Under the pieces are notes generated by a model. The model saw only the letters and a list, made by a program, of their open reading frames with translations, was not told the DNA's origin and did no database searches. The position numbers and the translations under genes are program-made. From Mobula birostris (Eukaryota), in the NCBI RefSeq assembly GCF_030028105.1, contig NC_092371.1, positions 143,788,490 to 143,852,489 on the forward strand: a DNA stretch of 64,000 bases, given 5' to 3'. Below, in pieces: positions 49,800 to 63,179 of this stretch. Every line of letters begins with the position of its first letter. Positions within the stretch are counted from its first letter, which is position 1.

Positions 49800-52548
49800 G
49801 ACAGAATAATAATAACTTATTGTAGTGAACTTTTCACCCAAATGATGTAGTTCAAAGTGCTTTACAATGAGATAAAGCGTGAATATGAAAATAAAGGACA
49901 ATATGGTGTTAATTAAAAGCAAGGTTAAATAAATAGGTTTTGAGCCGGCATTTGAAAGAGTCAACTGAACCTGCATCTCTTATAGTTCCACAGTTTAGGA
50001 GCATAGTTTAAAAAAAAATGACCTACCAATTATCTTTTAAGGGAGACTGGGAGATTTAAGAAACCAGTGGAAGACCTGAGAGTTCAAGCAGCATTATAAA
50101 ATAAAAGTGATTCTGCAATGTACTCCAATCCCAGACCAGAAAGCTTTAAACACAAGTAAAGAGAAAATTAAAATCAATTCTAAAAGATACAGGAGGCCAA
50201 TGTACAGCAGTAAAGGAGAGAGTGACACGCTCTCTCCTCCTGTTACTGCTCCTTTCACACCTTGTGGTGCGTCAGCCAGTAACCTTGGATTGCTTTAGCA
50301 TTTTTGTCTGTTTTTTTTTTGGCTAGTTGCTAGCTCAATGCTCAGCCCAGCACGTTGGGAAAGCAAGGAACATGTTTACATGTTGTGTACTGCAAGGAGC
50401 CAGCCAGATTCAAACTTGGGACCACTCGTGTCAAAGTCCAGTGTGAATGCCACACCACCACCAACCAGCTCTCTCATCCTGGTTTTAAGTTGAAAGATCT
50501 AGCAGCGACATTCTGAGTAAGTTTGTTAATAGATTGCTTTGGAAGGCTAATAAAATGTGTACTGCAGCAATCCAAGTCTGTTGAACATAAAGGCACGAAT
50601 TAGTTTTACAGCATCATTTAGTGGCAGAAATGGACATACCTTTGCAATATTTCTTAAGTGTAGAAGTGCTGATCAGGTCACTTTGTTTATTTGGGATTTA
50701 AAACTCAAATCAGAATCAAGGATAACACCTAGGCTTGTTACTTCTGATTTTACAAGGGCAGCCAAGTTCTCAAGTTTATCAAGAAGTTTCTCTCTCTTGG
50801 ATTTGGGACCAACTGAAGGTACCTCAGTTTTATCTTAGGTATAAGACATAAGACATTGGAGCAGAATTAGGCCACTTGGCCCATCGACTCTGCTCCACCA
50901 TTCCATCGTGGCTGATTTATTGTTCCTCTCTACCATATTCTCCTGCCTTCTCCCCATAACTTTTGATGCCCTGATTAACCAAGAACCTATCAACCTCTGC
51001 CTTAAATATACTCAATAACTTGGCCTCCATAGCTGTCTGTGGCAATAAATTCCACTGATACACTACCCTTTGACTAAAGAAGTTCTTACTCATCTCTGTT
51101 CTAAATGAACATCCCTCTATTCTGAAGCTGTGCCCTCTGATCCTAGACTCACTCACTAAAGGAAACATTCTCTCCACATCCACTCAGTCTAGACCTTCCA
51201 ATATTCCATAGGTTTCAATGAAATCCTTACCTCATTCTTCTAAACTCCAGCAAGTACAGGCTCAGAGGCATCAAATGCTCCTCATACATTAACCCTTTCG
51301 TTCCCAGAATCATTCTTGTGAACCTCCTCTGGACCCTCTCCAATGCCAGCAAATCTTTTGTTAGATAAAGGACCAAAATCTCCTCATAATACTCCAAGTG
51401 TGGTCTGACCAATGACTTATAAAGCCTCAGCATCACATCTTTACCCTTATATTCTGGTCCTTTTGAAATTAATGCTGGCAGCAAAGTAGCACAGTGGATA
51501 GCACAACACTTTACAGTACAGGCGACCCAGACTCAATTCCCTCTGCTGTCTGCAAGGACATTCTCCTCCTGGTGCTCTCGTTTCCTTCCACAATCCAAAT
51601 ACATACTGGTTGGTAGGTTAATTGGTCATTGTAAACTGTCCCCTGTTTTGGAGATTGCTGGGTAGCGTGGCTTGGAGAGCCTAAAGGGCCTATTTTGTGC
51701 TGTATCTCAATTAAAAAAAATATTGCATTTTTCTTCCTTACCGCCTACTCAACCTACAAGTTAGCCTTTAGGGAATCCTGCACAAGAACTCTCAAGTCTC
51801 TTTGCACCTCTAATTTTTGAATTTTCTTCCCATTTTGAACAGTCTACACCTTTGTTCCCTCCACTAAAGTGCAGGATCATACACTTCCCTGTACATAAGC
51901 CACTTCTTTGCCCATTCTCCCATTCTGAGCCATTCTGCAGACTCCCTGCTTCCTCAACACTACCTGCCCCTCCACTTACTGTACCTTTGTATCGTCTGTG
52001 GAACACCACTTGTCCTCCCTTAGGTTTAGGAAATTTTTGGTCATCCACCTGTTTATTGCTGCTGTATCAGAAGTCAGAGAAGATAGGGTGTCATCACCGT
52101 CAGGCTCAAACAAGATGTGTCATCTGCATAACTGTGGAAATCAGATTTATGCTCTCTAAGGGGAGCATGTATAAGGAGAAGAATAGCAGGCCAAGACAGC
52201 TGCCCTGAGCAACACCAAAAGGTACATCGTATCTCTTAGAGAAATTGTCTCCAAGACAGACAAAAAGAAATTCTCTCCAAAATATATGAGCGAAACCAAT
52301 TAAGGGTGCTACCAGAAACCAATCCAGATCTCAAGGCGATCTAGGAGAATGTTGCAGTCAATTATGTCAAAGGTAGCATTTTATGTAGATCTAGTAAAAT
52401 TAGAACTGAGACCCTATTGGCAAATGTGCTAAGGTTATTGATAATTTTGATAAGGGCAATCTCTGTGTTGTGGTTTGCTGTAAAACCTGATTGAAACTTT
52501 TCTAGAATATTGTTCTCATTCAGAAAGTGATTGAGTTGGTTGAAAATT
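49800..52548 (-). mobile_element. L2-clade LINE fragment interrupted by a CR1 (about 50838-51995) and SINEs
   Basis: NILEKFQSGFTANHNTEIALIKIINNL...VLILLDL, VAQGSCLGLLFF and NLGVILDSDL...LIHAF-like L2 motifs. The nested CR1 shows LYKSLVRPHLEY and RIRGHSFRI. Confidence 0.82.
51477..51720 (+). mobile_element. HE1-like V-SINE nested in CR1
   Basis: GGCAGCAAAGTAGCACAGTGGATAGC...TTTCCTTCCACAATCCAAA...GTATCTCAATTAAAA. Confidence 0.8.
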
Positions 52549-52751
52549 CCAGGTATACCCAACAAATAATGTACTGGAAGAAACAGGAGTTAACATTAGA
52601 CTTCTCATCAGTGAAAAATCTGTTTTGCTTCACAGTGCTTAAGACTCTTTAAATTGTGACTCTTCATCAGTCTGTAATGGGCTTCAGAAAATCCTAAAAG
52701 AAGCCATAAGGTTCAAATTTTTTTCATCAAAAGCAAGTAACTTTTACTCAC

Positions 52752-52885
52752 GCCATAAAAGATGACAACTGGCGGATTAGTTCACAGTCATCATGGGTAA
52801 GGTTCTGGACCCTGGCACTGGCTTCGTTCAGTGCACAGCATAAAAGACTAAGAGGTTCAGAGTAGCAGTGCTCTAACAGAGATAG
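52752..52885 (-). CDS. orc3: ORC3 coding exon (exon 10 equivalent), 134 nt
   Basis: LSLLEHCYSEPLSLLCCALNEASARVQNLTHDDCELIRQLSSFM(A). CAG/GTGAGT. Preceded by a 108-nt intron. Confidence 0.96.
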
Positions 52886-52993
52886 CTGTGAAGAACAAAT
52901 GGAAGAATATACAGGAACTGAATAAAAGTAAATTTCAATTCTTGTATTATAAACAGATTTTGAACTTGTCCGTCATAACCAACCCCTGCTTAC

Positions 52994-53107
52994 CTGAACA
53001 CCTTTAACAAAATTCTTTGCAGAAAAATCATGGTACAAGAATATGTTATTCAGAACTTGCAGCACTTTGCCACTCAACTTAAATGGGAATTTGGCCGTCA
53101 ACACAAG
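52994..53107 (-). CDS. orc3: ORC3 coding exon (exon 9 equivalent), 114 nt
   Basis: [47 protein letters not shown], phase 0-0. Confidence 0.97.
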
Positions 53108-53432
53108 CTGTCAATGAGAATGAAAAACAGGAAAACAGGTATTTGCATTGCACTGAAGTATAATAATTAGCAGATGGAAGCAAACCCCCATATACGTTTA
53201 TACAATCAAAACTTGCCTCAAAATCCAATCATAAGAAAGAGGACTCTCTAAAAACAAATAAACAAAACCAGTGTAGAATGAGTATTTATGCATACAAATG
53301 TGGTGGGGTGAGTTGCTGCTGAAGTCAACACTTATTTCTCATTTCCTGAATCACGGCTTTGTTCTGGTGAAGGTACTCCCACAATACTGTTAGATGGACA
53401 ACCGCAGTCCTTAAAAAATGGGAATACACACT

Positions 53433-53852
53433 CAACACACATCAAAGTTGCTGGTGAACGCAGCAGACCAGGCAGCATCTCTAGGAAGAGGTGCAGTCAA
53501 CGTTTCAGGCCGAGACCCTTCGTCAGGACTAACTGAAGGAAGAGTGAGTAAGAGATTTGAAAGTTGGAAGGGGAGAGGGAGATCCAAAATGATAGGAGAA
53601 GACAGGAGGGGGAGGGATGGAGCCAAGAGCTGGACAGGTGATTGGCAAAAGGGATACGAGAGGATCATGGGACAGGAGGTCCGGAAAGAAAGACCGGGGG
53701 GTGGGGGGGGAACCCAGAGGATGGGCAAGGGGTATATTCAGAGGGACAGAGGGAGAAAAAGGAGAGTGAGGGAAAGAATGTGTGTATAAAAATAAATAAT
53801 AGATGGGGTACGAGGGGGAGGTGGGGCATTAGCGGAAGTTAGAAAAGTCGAT
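53433..53852 (-). mobile_element. Penelope 3' UTR-only copy (same young family as 19457-22684)
   Basis: Near-identical to 19490-19910; followed by an older CR1 tail remnant at about 53855-54035. Confidence 0.9.
53494..53531 (-). ncRNA. Minimal type-I hammerhead ribozyme motif (intact core, GUU triplet)
   Basis: Minus strand UAGUC-CUGACGA-AGGGUCUCGGCCU-GAAACGUU^GACUG. Confidence 0.72.
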
Positions 53853-56578
53853 GCTCGATTAGGGGTGATGGAGGCAAGTACTCTCATCTCATTTAAGTAG
53901 TACCTAGATAAGCACCAGAATTGCCAAGACACAGCAGGTAATGGACTAACTGCTGGTCAATGGAACTAGTATACATGGTCAGTATGGAGATAATGGACTG
54001 AAGGGGCCGGTTTCTGTGCTGTATGATTCCATGACAAGTTATGGAGAACAGAAATTCTAAGTTATTTCAGTTTCCCCTATGCTAATCCAGAACACCTCTA
54101 GCAATAGGATCCAGGAGACGTAGAGCTACAACATGACTACATTTATTTTTAAACATACACTAATCATTCATGCTCCTGTTCAGGTTAATAGACAATACTC
54201 GTGGATTTTTGTTTGCTGGGGGAGTAATTCTGCAATGGACAGATTTTATCTGCATACTTCTCCATTACAGCAAGTGGAGGCCTTCAGTATCGCACTGTAT
54301 ACTCAGATATCTCTCTAAAGCTTCTGCATGTTTCAAATGAAGTAATTTTACTCTATAGACAACTTCTTTTTGTTTGAGTTGTATTCAGAGGATAAATAGG
54401 TAATAACTATCAACAAACATTGCTCCAAGCTGGTTGCTTATACAATGGAGGGGCTCCAAAGTTGTTTCTTCTTTTCTCCAAAGAAAAATCATTCCCTACA
54501 TGGCCACTTCCCAGAATGAAACAACAAAGACTCTGACAGGAACCAAACTTTCAGCATATTAACAAAAGGGATCCTGCAAATGCTGGAAATTCAGAGCAAC
54601 ACACACAAAATTCTGGAGATAAATAAACAATCAACGTTTCGGGCCGAGTCCTTCATCATAACCCAATAATCCAATGTCTGTCTTCACAATGAAATTATAA
54701 CCAGTACATTTTTCATCCTCCCCCAAGAAAGATAAAATCAGCATTTCAGCAAGGGGACATTCATAGGGCTCTGTTCATATTATAGTCATCGATGGAAGAA
54801 AAATGGAGGGCCAAGTTGGAGGGAAGGGTTAGATTGATCTTGAAGTAGGTTAAAAGGTCGGCACATCATGGACTGAGGGGCTTGTACAGTTCTATCTGTG
54901 TGAACCTAGGGTTAGAAATAGGCCACCTTGCCTTCAGACCCATTCTATACTTAAATATTTCATGGCTGATCTATATCTTAGCATTCATCAACCTTGCTTC
55001 TGTAAAACACAATTTCTTCACCTACCAAAAACCTTTTAAATCCACTTTTGAAATCCGGTTCAGTACCATTTTACGGAAAAGTGTCCCAGCTTCTTATACC
55101 CTTTTTATGAATGTCTCCCTTTTTTATCCTGAGCACCCCAACTCTAATATTAAGATTCTGTCTTCTTGCTCATTCTGGAGTTATTTGGAGTCAGAGTTTA
55201 ACTTGAGTGAAGTAGTGTAATAATTCTTCCTTCAGTTCCTGCATTCTACTTTTACACTTTAACTTGCATCAGTGCAAAATAAAAACCATCAGCTCTGTAC
55301 TGTGGTTACATCTAAAATGGTCCAAACCTCAAGAGTTTTTCAAGGGAAATGTGTATTCTCAAATTGAATTTTCCCTTAGATTAAGTAGTAGGACATATGC
55401 TGCGCTAGATTATATTTTTAAAATTTTTAACTGTAGCATCAGTCCCAGAAATTTTGCGTGTCTAAAAGAATATGCAGAATATTTGGATCAGTGGAGTGCC
55501 CAATGAATTTATGCCAAATTGTCCTTCATTAAAGAAGCATTCTTGAACCATACTTTGACAGTCCAGGGCTAAGGACTGGAAGCTCAGAGGCGGCCTGTGG
55601 TGGGGTTAAAGTCCTGTCAGTGAGTGGTGTGTAGATAAGGGGCTTGTCTTATTTTGTTGTTGAAGATTGTGAGCATGCTATGCTGGTGTCAGAATATGTA
55701 CCAACACTTGCGGACACTCCTAAACACACCCTTCGGTGTGTTGATTGTCAATGCAAATGCTACACTTCACTGTGTGTTTTGATGCACACGTGATGACTAA
55801 ATCTGAATCCAAACTCAACAGGTCAGACAGCATCTGTGAAGTCCAAGGGAGAGTCAAGGTGTCAGGTTGAGACCCTACAACAAGACCGTAAGTGTAAGTG
55901 AGGGATAAAGGGTTTTTTTTGGGGGGGGGGGGGGGAGGCAGGAGAAAAATCCCAGTGTGGGAGGAGATTGTTTGGCAGATGGAGCCAGTGGTACGGGGAT
56001 GTGTAGAGATAGCAATTGAGGTTGGATGAAGAATGTTCATCCTATTGGGCTGTAAACTACCTAGGTAGAATACAGGGTACATTTAGCCTCATTCTGGCAG
56101 TGGAGGAGACTGAGGACAGATCAGTATTGGAATGGGAGGGGATTTATAATATTCTGCAACTGCAAAGTCAGGATGGCCATGGCGGACAGAACACAGGTGC
56201 TCAGCAAGGCAGTCTCCTAGTTTACTAGGATTCAGAAGTGGCCACTTTAGCCCTGAAACTTATTGCTTCTTTAAATAATTGTGTCTTGCCAGTCATTTCA
56301 CAGCATTTATATATGCCTTTTGTTTGTGTTTTTTCTTTCTCTAATTGCACATCAACTTATCACCAGAACAATCTCATTAAAAATATTCCCTTAAGTATGA
56401 ATAGACCTCCACGATCCTCTTTTCAAATTAAAATTAAGGTTTTCTCACTTTCCCGGTTGCAACCCAAAACTCTAGCATTTTCTGTTCTTGTATAAAATTT
56501 CAAGCAGCTGCAGTTTTTACAATTTACGTTAAATGTTTTGAATTGTTTTCTCCCAGTCAACATGTAATGAATGTTTAC

Positions 56579-56738
56579 CTTATCAATAACTGTAGCCAAA
56601 TGATCAGTGCAGGACAGAGACTGGAACAGTTCAATGCATAGTAGCGAGGAAACCGAGTGGGACAGCATTCGGTGTATAGTGATTGGGGATGTGGCAAGTC
56701 CAAAAACCAGCACCAGTGGGAGATGCTGGACGTAGTTA
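56579..56738 (-). CDS. orc3: ORC3 coding exon (exon 8 equivalent), 160 nt
   Basis: [53 protein letters not shown], near-identical to ORC3 FGIATS...[24 protein letters not shown]. Confidence 0.97.
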
Positions 56739-56829
56739 CTGAAACATTAAACATGTAGAATTAATGGTTACTTAGAAGTAATATTCCCCCACCTGGAAAC
56801 CACAATACTATCACCCAAAAAGAACTCAC

Positions 56830-57520
56830 AGGATCTAGGATCACAAGAAAATAGTTCCCTAAAAGTGGCGTAGCAAGTAGACAGGGTGGTGAAGGTGTGT
56901 TTTGGCATGCTAACCTTCATCAGTCAGGGCAATGAGTATAAAAGCTAGGATATTATGTTGCAGTTGTAGAAGCAGACATTAGTGAGATTGCAATTGGAAT
57001 ATTGTGTTCAATTTTGATCACACTACTATAGGGAAAACACCATTCCGCTGGAAAGAGTGCAGAAGAGATTTATGAGGATGTTTCCGTAATTTGATAGACA
57101 ATCATGGAGAGATTGAGCAGGTTGGGGCACTTTGCATTGGAATGCAGGAGAATGAAGGGTGAGGAGCACAAAATTCTTGAGGGATTTAAGTAAGGTCAAT
57201 GCACACAGTCTTTTTCCCAGTTTCCTGGGGAATCAAGAATCAGAGGGCATAGGTTTTAAGGTGAGACAGGAGACATTTAATAGAAAACTGAGGGACAACT
57301 TTTTTTTAAACCCAGAGGGTGGTCAGTAGATGGAATGAGCTGGCAGAGGAAGTAATTGAGGCAGGTACATTCATAACATTTAAAAGGTACTTGGACAGTT
57401 AAGGTTTAGAGAGATATGGACCAAAACTGGGCAAATGGGACTAGATTAGGTGGGAATCTGTTTCAGCATGGATCAGATGGGCCAAATGGCTGACTTCTGT
57501 GTTGTGTGACATTATGACTT
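56830..57520 (+). mobile_element. Old CR1 3' fragment
   Basis: LERVQKRFMRM...FFKPRGWSVDGMS-like C-terminus and tail. Confidence 0.72.
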
Positions 57521-58254
57521 ACAAGTTTGTGTCCATATTTCAAAACTACTTTTTGTCAAACAACAAAAACTAAGTTGCTTGAAACATACAAGAACAAATC
57601 AATTGTTTAACCTTTGCACTGAGCACACCACTTCTTCTCACAGGGCACTGTATAAAATTGTGTGCCAATGTGGAATTAACTAATACTTTACTAAAAGTGA
57701 TTTAGTTCAATCGATGAGACAAACTGTGAAGGCATGAGGAGCAGGGTGGCTGTGGCCAATTGGCAAAACAATATTGAAAGGTATGATAGCAATAGTAAAC
57801 AACTTGAGAATCAATATCCATCAGGGGGATAGTATTAGAACATTGGAAGTGGCGTAGGTTGCCTAAATAAGCAGCCCAAAATTTGGAGCAATTTCAGTAG
57901 TCAACGAAGAAAGACCAAGAAAATGATAACAAAAAGCAGAGCATGAGAAAATTTTTAAAAATCCATGAGCTTCTATAGATATGCAAAAAGACAAAGACTG
58001 GCTTAAGTTAATTGGTCCCTTCCAGATTTTGACAGGAGAATCTATTTTAGGGAAAGAAGGAAATGACAGCAAAATTGCCAGGCCAATCAGACTGTCTTCA
58101 CATGACAAATTTTAACACCAATTAAGTTTCAAACACCCTCCCCCCAAACATTTTTTTAAAAGGCCTCTCATTTACATAAATAGTAATAATGTAACACACA
58201 GATATTCATTACAGCCATCAATATAAAATCAGCTGTGAGAACTTGCTGTGTTAC

Positions 58255-58391
58255 CTGGCGATGATTATGAAGTCTTGTAGCACCTTAGGAAGAAAGGTCT
58301 CAAGATCCTTTAAGATGATAACTATGGGAGGGGCCTCTTCATGCTGAAGCAAGGATTTCCTCTTTTTACTTGGGCTTTTTGAGGTAGATTT
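58255..58391 (-). CDS. orc3: ORC3 coding exon (exon 7 equivalent), 137 nt
   Basis: KSTSKSPSKKRKSLLQHEEAPPIVIILKDLETFLPKVLQDFIIIA(S) matches the ORC3 PPVVVILKDMESF...VLQDFIIISS Walker-B-like region. CAG/GTAACA boundaries. Confidence 0.96.
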
Positions 58392-58834
58392 CTGCATGAG
58401 AAGAAAGAACATGTAACATAATCCCAGGACTAAAGTAAAACCAGGCCTCTGATAGATATTGGTCAGAAGGTAATTATTTTTCTCCATTAAAAAAAGCTAT
58501 TTGCACAAGGGACATAAATAAAATCTTCCTCTTCATGGAAAAGCAAAATAATTATAACTTCTGCTGTGCCACAGAACAACAAGCCAAACTCTTGCTCTCT
58601 ACTAATGTTAATCTGACATACAACCAGTCACCATGGAGGAAGGACATCTGGGGAAAGAGAGAACAAAAGGGTAGGATCAAGCACAAAATTAGAAAGGAAG
58701 GATGCCCCATGATATATCTCTGATTGAGAGAAGGCTGGGCACTGGTCAACAAAATTGCAAAGTAAGATCAGGACTAATTGAGAAAAATCCAACAAGACTG
58801 AAAGAGCAGAAATATAGTAAATGTTATACAGACC

Positions 58835-59598
58835 ATAATTTGAGACAATGAAGTAAATTTACAGAAACTAGTATCTACCATCAACACAGAGAGCGAAAGA
58901 CTTGGCCTAACCTTAAACAAAAAGATAACTGAAGTAATGGTCATATCAAAGAAACCTGATATCCCAAACTGTAGGATCGTATTGGGAAATGAAATCCTGA
59001 AACAAGTTCACAGCTTCAAGTACCTTGCATCATGTGTAACATCTGATGGCAAATGCGTAACAGACATAAAAGCAAGAATAGCAATGGCAAGAACAGCATT
59101 TACAGAAATGAGAAACATCCTAACAAACAAGAAAATAGCAATTGACATCCGCCTCAGAACCCTCAGCTGTTACATTCTTCCTATATTGATGTCTGGCTGC
59201 AAGTCATGGACCATCACAAATGCAATGGAAAAAAAGAATCAATGCAGCAGAGATGTGGTTCCTCAGAAGAATGCTATGTATAGCATATACGGACACGATA
59301 ACAAAGTTCTACAGAGAACGAAAACAAAGCGTACATTACTTAAAAAAAAAATCAGAAAACAGCAATCAAAATTCTTTGGACACATTATGCGAAGAGAGAC
59401 ATTAGAACATGTGGTTATAACTGGAAAGCTGGAAGGAAAAAGAAGCAGAGGCAGACAGAGAATGAAAATGATAGATAGAATAACATCATGGTTAGAAACA
59501 GGGGAGGCAACAACTACAATTCGGTGGGTCAGGGACCATGATGGATGGAGAGACGTGATCGCCCACGCCGAACGGCAAGGCACCTAATCTCTATCTAA
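58835..59598 (+). mobile_element. RTE-clade LINE 3' fragment (BovB-like C-terminus)
   Basis: GLTLN.KKT..M, FKYLAS, DIKARIAMA, AAEMWFLRRML, FFGHIMR, GKLEGKRSRGRQR motifs; short-repeat tail. Confidence 0.88.
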
Positions 59599-59624
59599 TT
59601 TGAGACTTGCAGCTGAATGACGAT

Positions 59625-60575
59625 GCTTGCTGCCAACCTCAAGGAGAGCTTTCCACAAAAATATTGCTGCAGAAGGAATCTTTCAGTTTGCCTCTAGTCC
59701 TTACCTACCACCCCACGAGCCTCCGCATCCTGCACATTATTTTCTACAACTTCCGCTATTTTCAACAGGATGCCACCAGGCACATTTTTACCCCACCCTC
59801 CATTTTGTGCAGGGATCACACTCTATGTGGTCCCCTTCTCCATTTGTCCCTCCCCACTAGTCTCCCTCCTGGCACTTATCCCTGCAAGTGGAAGTTCTAC
59901 ACCTGCCCATTCACCTCCTCCCTCACCTCCATTCAAAGCCCCAAACAGTGCAAATCTGTTGGGGTCGTCTACTGTATCTGGTGCTCTCGATGTACTCTAC
60001 TCTACATTGGTGATACCCAATGTAGATTGAGGTATCGTTTAGTCAAGCACCTTCACTCCATCCATAACAAGCTGTATTTCTTGGTGTCCAACAATTTTAA
60101 TCAAAATTTCATTCTGACATGTTGGCCTACTCTGATGCCATGATGAGGCCACTTTCAGGTTGGAGGCGCAGCTGATTATATTCCTAATGGCGTTAACATT
60201 GATTTATCTAACTTCCAGTAATTTTCCCCTCCTTCCCTCTTCTTCCATTCCTGCTCTAGCTCTACTCTTACCTCTTCTGCCTAATCACCTCTTCCTCGTG
60301 TACCTCTACCTTCCCTTTCTCCTTTTCCACCTATCACCTCCCAGCTTCTCACTTCATTCCCTCCCACCCACCTGGCTTCATCTATCACTTTCTAACTTGT
60401 ACTCCTTCCCCTCACTGCACCATCTTATTCTGACTTCTTTCCCAGTCCTGATGAAGGGTCGTGGCCTAAAACGTCGACTGTTTAATCCTCTCCTTAGATG
60501 AGCCTGACCTGCTGAGTTCCTCTAGCAGTTTGTATATGTTAATCTGGAATTCCAGCATTGCAGAATTCCGAAATC
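59625..60575 (+). mobile_element. Penelope-like element 3' fragment
   Basis: PLVLTYHP...GTYPC...VVYCIWCSRCTLLYIGDT, followed by UTR and hammerhead motif. Confidence 0.85.
60443..60480 (+). ncRNA. Hammerhead motif with core mutation (GAAA>AAAA)
   Basis: CAGTC-CTGATGA-AGGGTCGTGGCCT-AAAACGTC-GACTG. Confidence 0.55.
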
Positions 60576-61540
60576 TTTGTTTTTGCTGGTGATTCTTCTT
60601 GCTGGTGTTAGAGGAGGCTGCGAAACAGCACAGCCTGTAGCATTGTATTTTATTAAAGCACTATCAGCTCCTGAACTTTTGTACTAAACTATGTTTACAC
60701 AGAAAGCCCAAAGTTATTGATAGCGATTCCAAAAAATAACAACAAAATGCCAGCACTTTCACTACTGTTACTGCAAACTGGTTGTAACCAGAGTTAAAAG
60801 GCAACACTTTCACACTGTCAAGCTACTCCACATGCTTTGTAATAAATGACTCAACTTTGTTTAACTGCGAGGTAGTATTCCAGCCAAACTGTGTGCAGTA
60901 AGCATCAATCAACATTAATTGTATAATTATTAGATTTTCTACATTTCCTATGAGATAGATGTCAGCCAGGAGTTAGAATTCCCTTCTTTCTCTTCAAACA
61001 GCATCATGAATCTTTCACATGATCTCAGAAGTAGATGGGTGCTGGAGACTGAGAGGCTTCTGTTGGTCAGGGTTCACCATGGATGTTCTGTCTTAGCTGA
61101 CTACAATTAGTCAATATGCAAGCCAGGTTAGTACTGTATGGAGAGCAAGCCGATGCCTATGCAGCAAGCTCCCCCTCTCCACACAGCTGATGAATACCAA
61201 AACCCCCATGTTCTCTAGGAAAGAGAAGTGCCACCCTGACATGAGGCCCAGAATTAGGCCTAATGTGCTAACCTGATTATTGGCCATCAGACAAATGGGT
61301 AGGTGACAGGCGTGTTCACTACAAAGATCTGGGTTGATAAAGACTGCATCCCTGGCCAATTGATGCGTTGGTTGCACTTGGCGGTGGGACACAGAGGAAG
61401 AGTTAACTATATGGTTTGTTTTACATTACCTTTCTATGATTGCTCACCATCGTCATCCAGGACAAAAAAAATCCATTTGTCTGATTCTCACCCATCTCCC
61501 TACACTTCCTAGCCTCTACAGATGATGCATGAGGGCAACA

Positions 61541-61815
61541 ATATTTATTTAGCAATACAGCAGAGTAGGCCCTTCAAGCCTCGCCACTCCAGCAGCGCAA
61601 CAACCCGCTTAACAGGAACCTAATCACGGGGCAATTTACAATGACCAGTCAGCCTACTTGGTACATCTCTGGCCTGTGGGAGAAAACCAGAGCACTGGCG
61701 GGACCCACACATTCAATGGATGTAAAGACAGAACAAAGCCGAAACCGAACTCCCAACTCCAGAATTCCCTGAGCTGTAATAGCACTGCACCAATGGTTAT
61801 GGTACTGCAGCACCC
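61541..61815 (-). mobile_element. HE1-like V-SINE
   Basis: V-domain remnant and tail on the minus strand. Confidence 0.72.
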
Positions 61816-62366
61816 TATATGTCTCGCGCCTTCCGCACTGCAGCTCATTAAGTCTTCTTCAGCTGCACTCCCAGCCCTGAAACTTCCATCACCTAGAAAT
61901 GCAACAGGCACGTGTGCATCTCATCAGACCATCCGGACTTGGAAATGTGGCTTTGCTTTATTCACCATCACTGGCAAATAGTGCTGCAGAATCACTTTAG
62001 GGTAGTATCATTGCAAGGCCAGTGGCAGTTCACCATCAGCTTCTGAAGAACAATTCAGTCATTTGTTTCTCTTGTAAATAAGACCACAAGACATTGGAGG
62101 ACGAATAGTTTATTCGGTCCAACAACTCTGCATCCCCTCCACATTCAATCTCTATCAGCCTTTCAATATATTCAATAGGTTTCAATGAAATACACACCCG
62201 CCCTCCCGCCCCCACTGCTCATTCTTCTAAACTCAGAGTCCCAAAGCCATCATATGCTCCACATATATTAATCTTTTCATTGACAGGATTATTTTGTTCC
62301 CAGGCACAGAAGTTTGTGTATTTGGATATCTGTGAATAAAGGATAAAACAACAGGTTGTTATTTAC

Positions 62367-62527
62367 CTTTGTTAAGGTATTGTACCACCTACACAAGGAG
62401 GCCATGGAGCAGATCATTTTTCTCTGGTGGAACTCAACAGAATGGTGCACATCCTCTTCCTCTTCCTCATCATTGCTGTCGCCACCCATGAGGGTCACTA
62501 GAATCTTCTGCAGAACCTGCTTCACAG
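62367..62527 (-). CDS. orc3: ORC3 coding exon (human exon 6 equivalent), 161 nt
   Basis: Translates (A)VKQVLQKILVTLMGGDSNDEEEEEDVHHSVEFHQRKMICSMASLCRWYNTLTK, similar to ORC3 MKHFLQKLISQLM...SMDSLSSWY. Acceptor gcCAG, donor GTAAAT, phase 1 to 0. Confidence 0.9.
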
Positions 62528-63179
62528 CTGGCAAAAATAAGCATGTTCAATCATGCAATAAGTGACATCTTTATGAAAGGAGACCTTAGATTTTGATGAC
62601 TTGTTTGATTAAATAACCCTGATGATAAGCACAAATTATTCCACAACTCTCACAGGCTATTTTCTGACCACCGTGGACTAGCAGCCAGCAAGCACCCTCA
62701 GTAAATTCACAGCTTCCTCACAGAGCCCCAAATGTCCCATACTTGGTGAAATGCCAGTTGTTACAAAGAAATTAAATGGTGACCACAAATACGTTGAACT
62801 GAGAAAAACACAGATGCTAGAAGCATTCAGCCAGGCAGTAGCATCTACAGATAGAAAAACAAGAGTTTATATTTCTGCTCATGACCATTTATCAAAACTC
62901 TTCCAAGAGCTTAAAACATGAATACTCTTTCTTCCTCCAAAGGTGCTGGCCAGCTTGCTGAGAATAAGAATTTTTAGTTTTTATTTCGGATTTCCAACAT
63001 TTGGACCTGTATGCTTTTTTGCAAGTTGAAATAGCTGACTTTTATTGCTCCAGCTGTATCCTGTACAACTTAAGTTCTCTTGTTCAACATCCCCTTCATG
63101 ATGCTAATTAAAACCCACTGTTAGTGAAGGTTTATCGTACAAGATCTAACATTGTGAATTAATAACTGATAGTGTTCCA

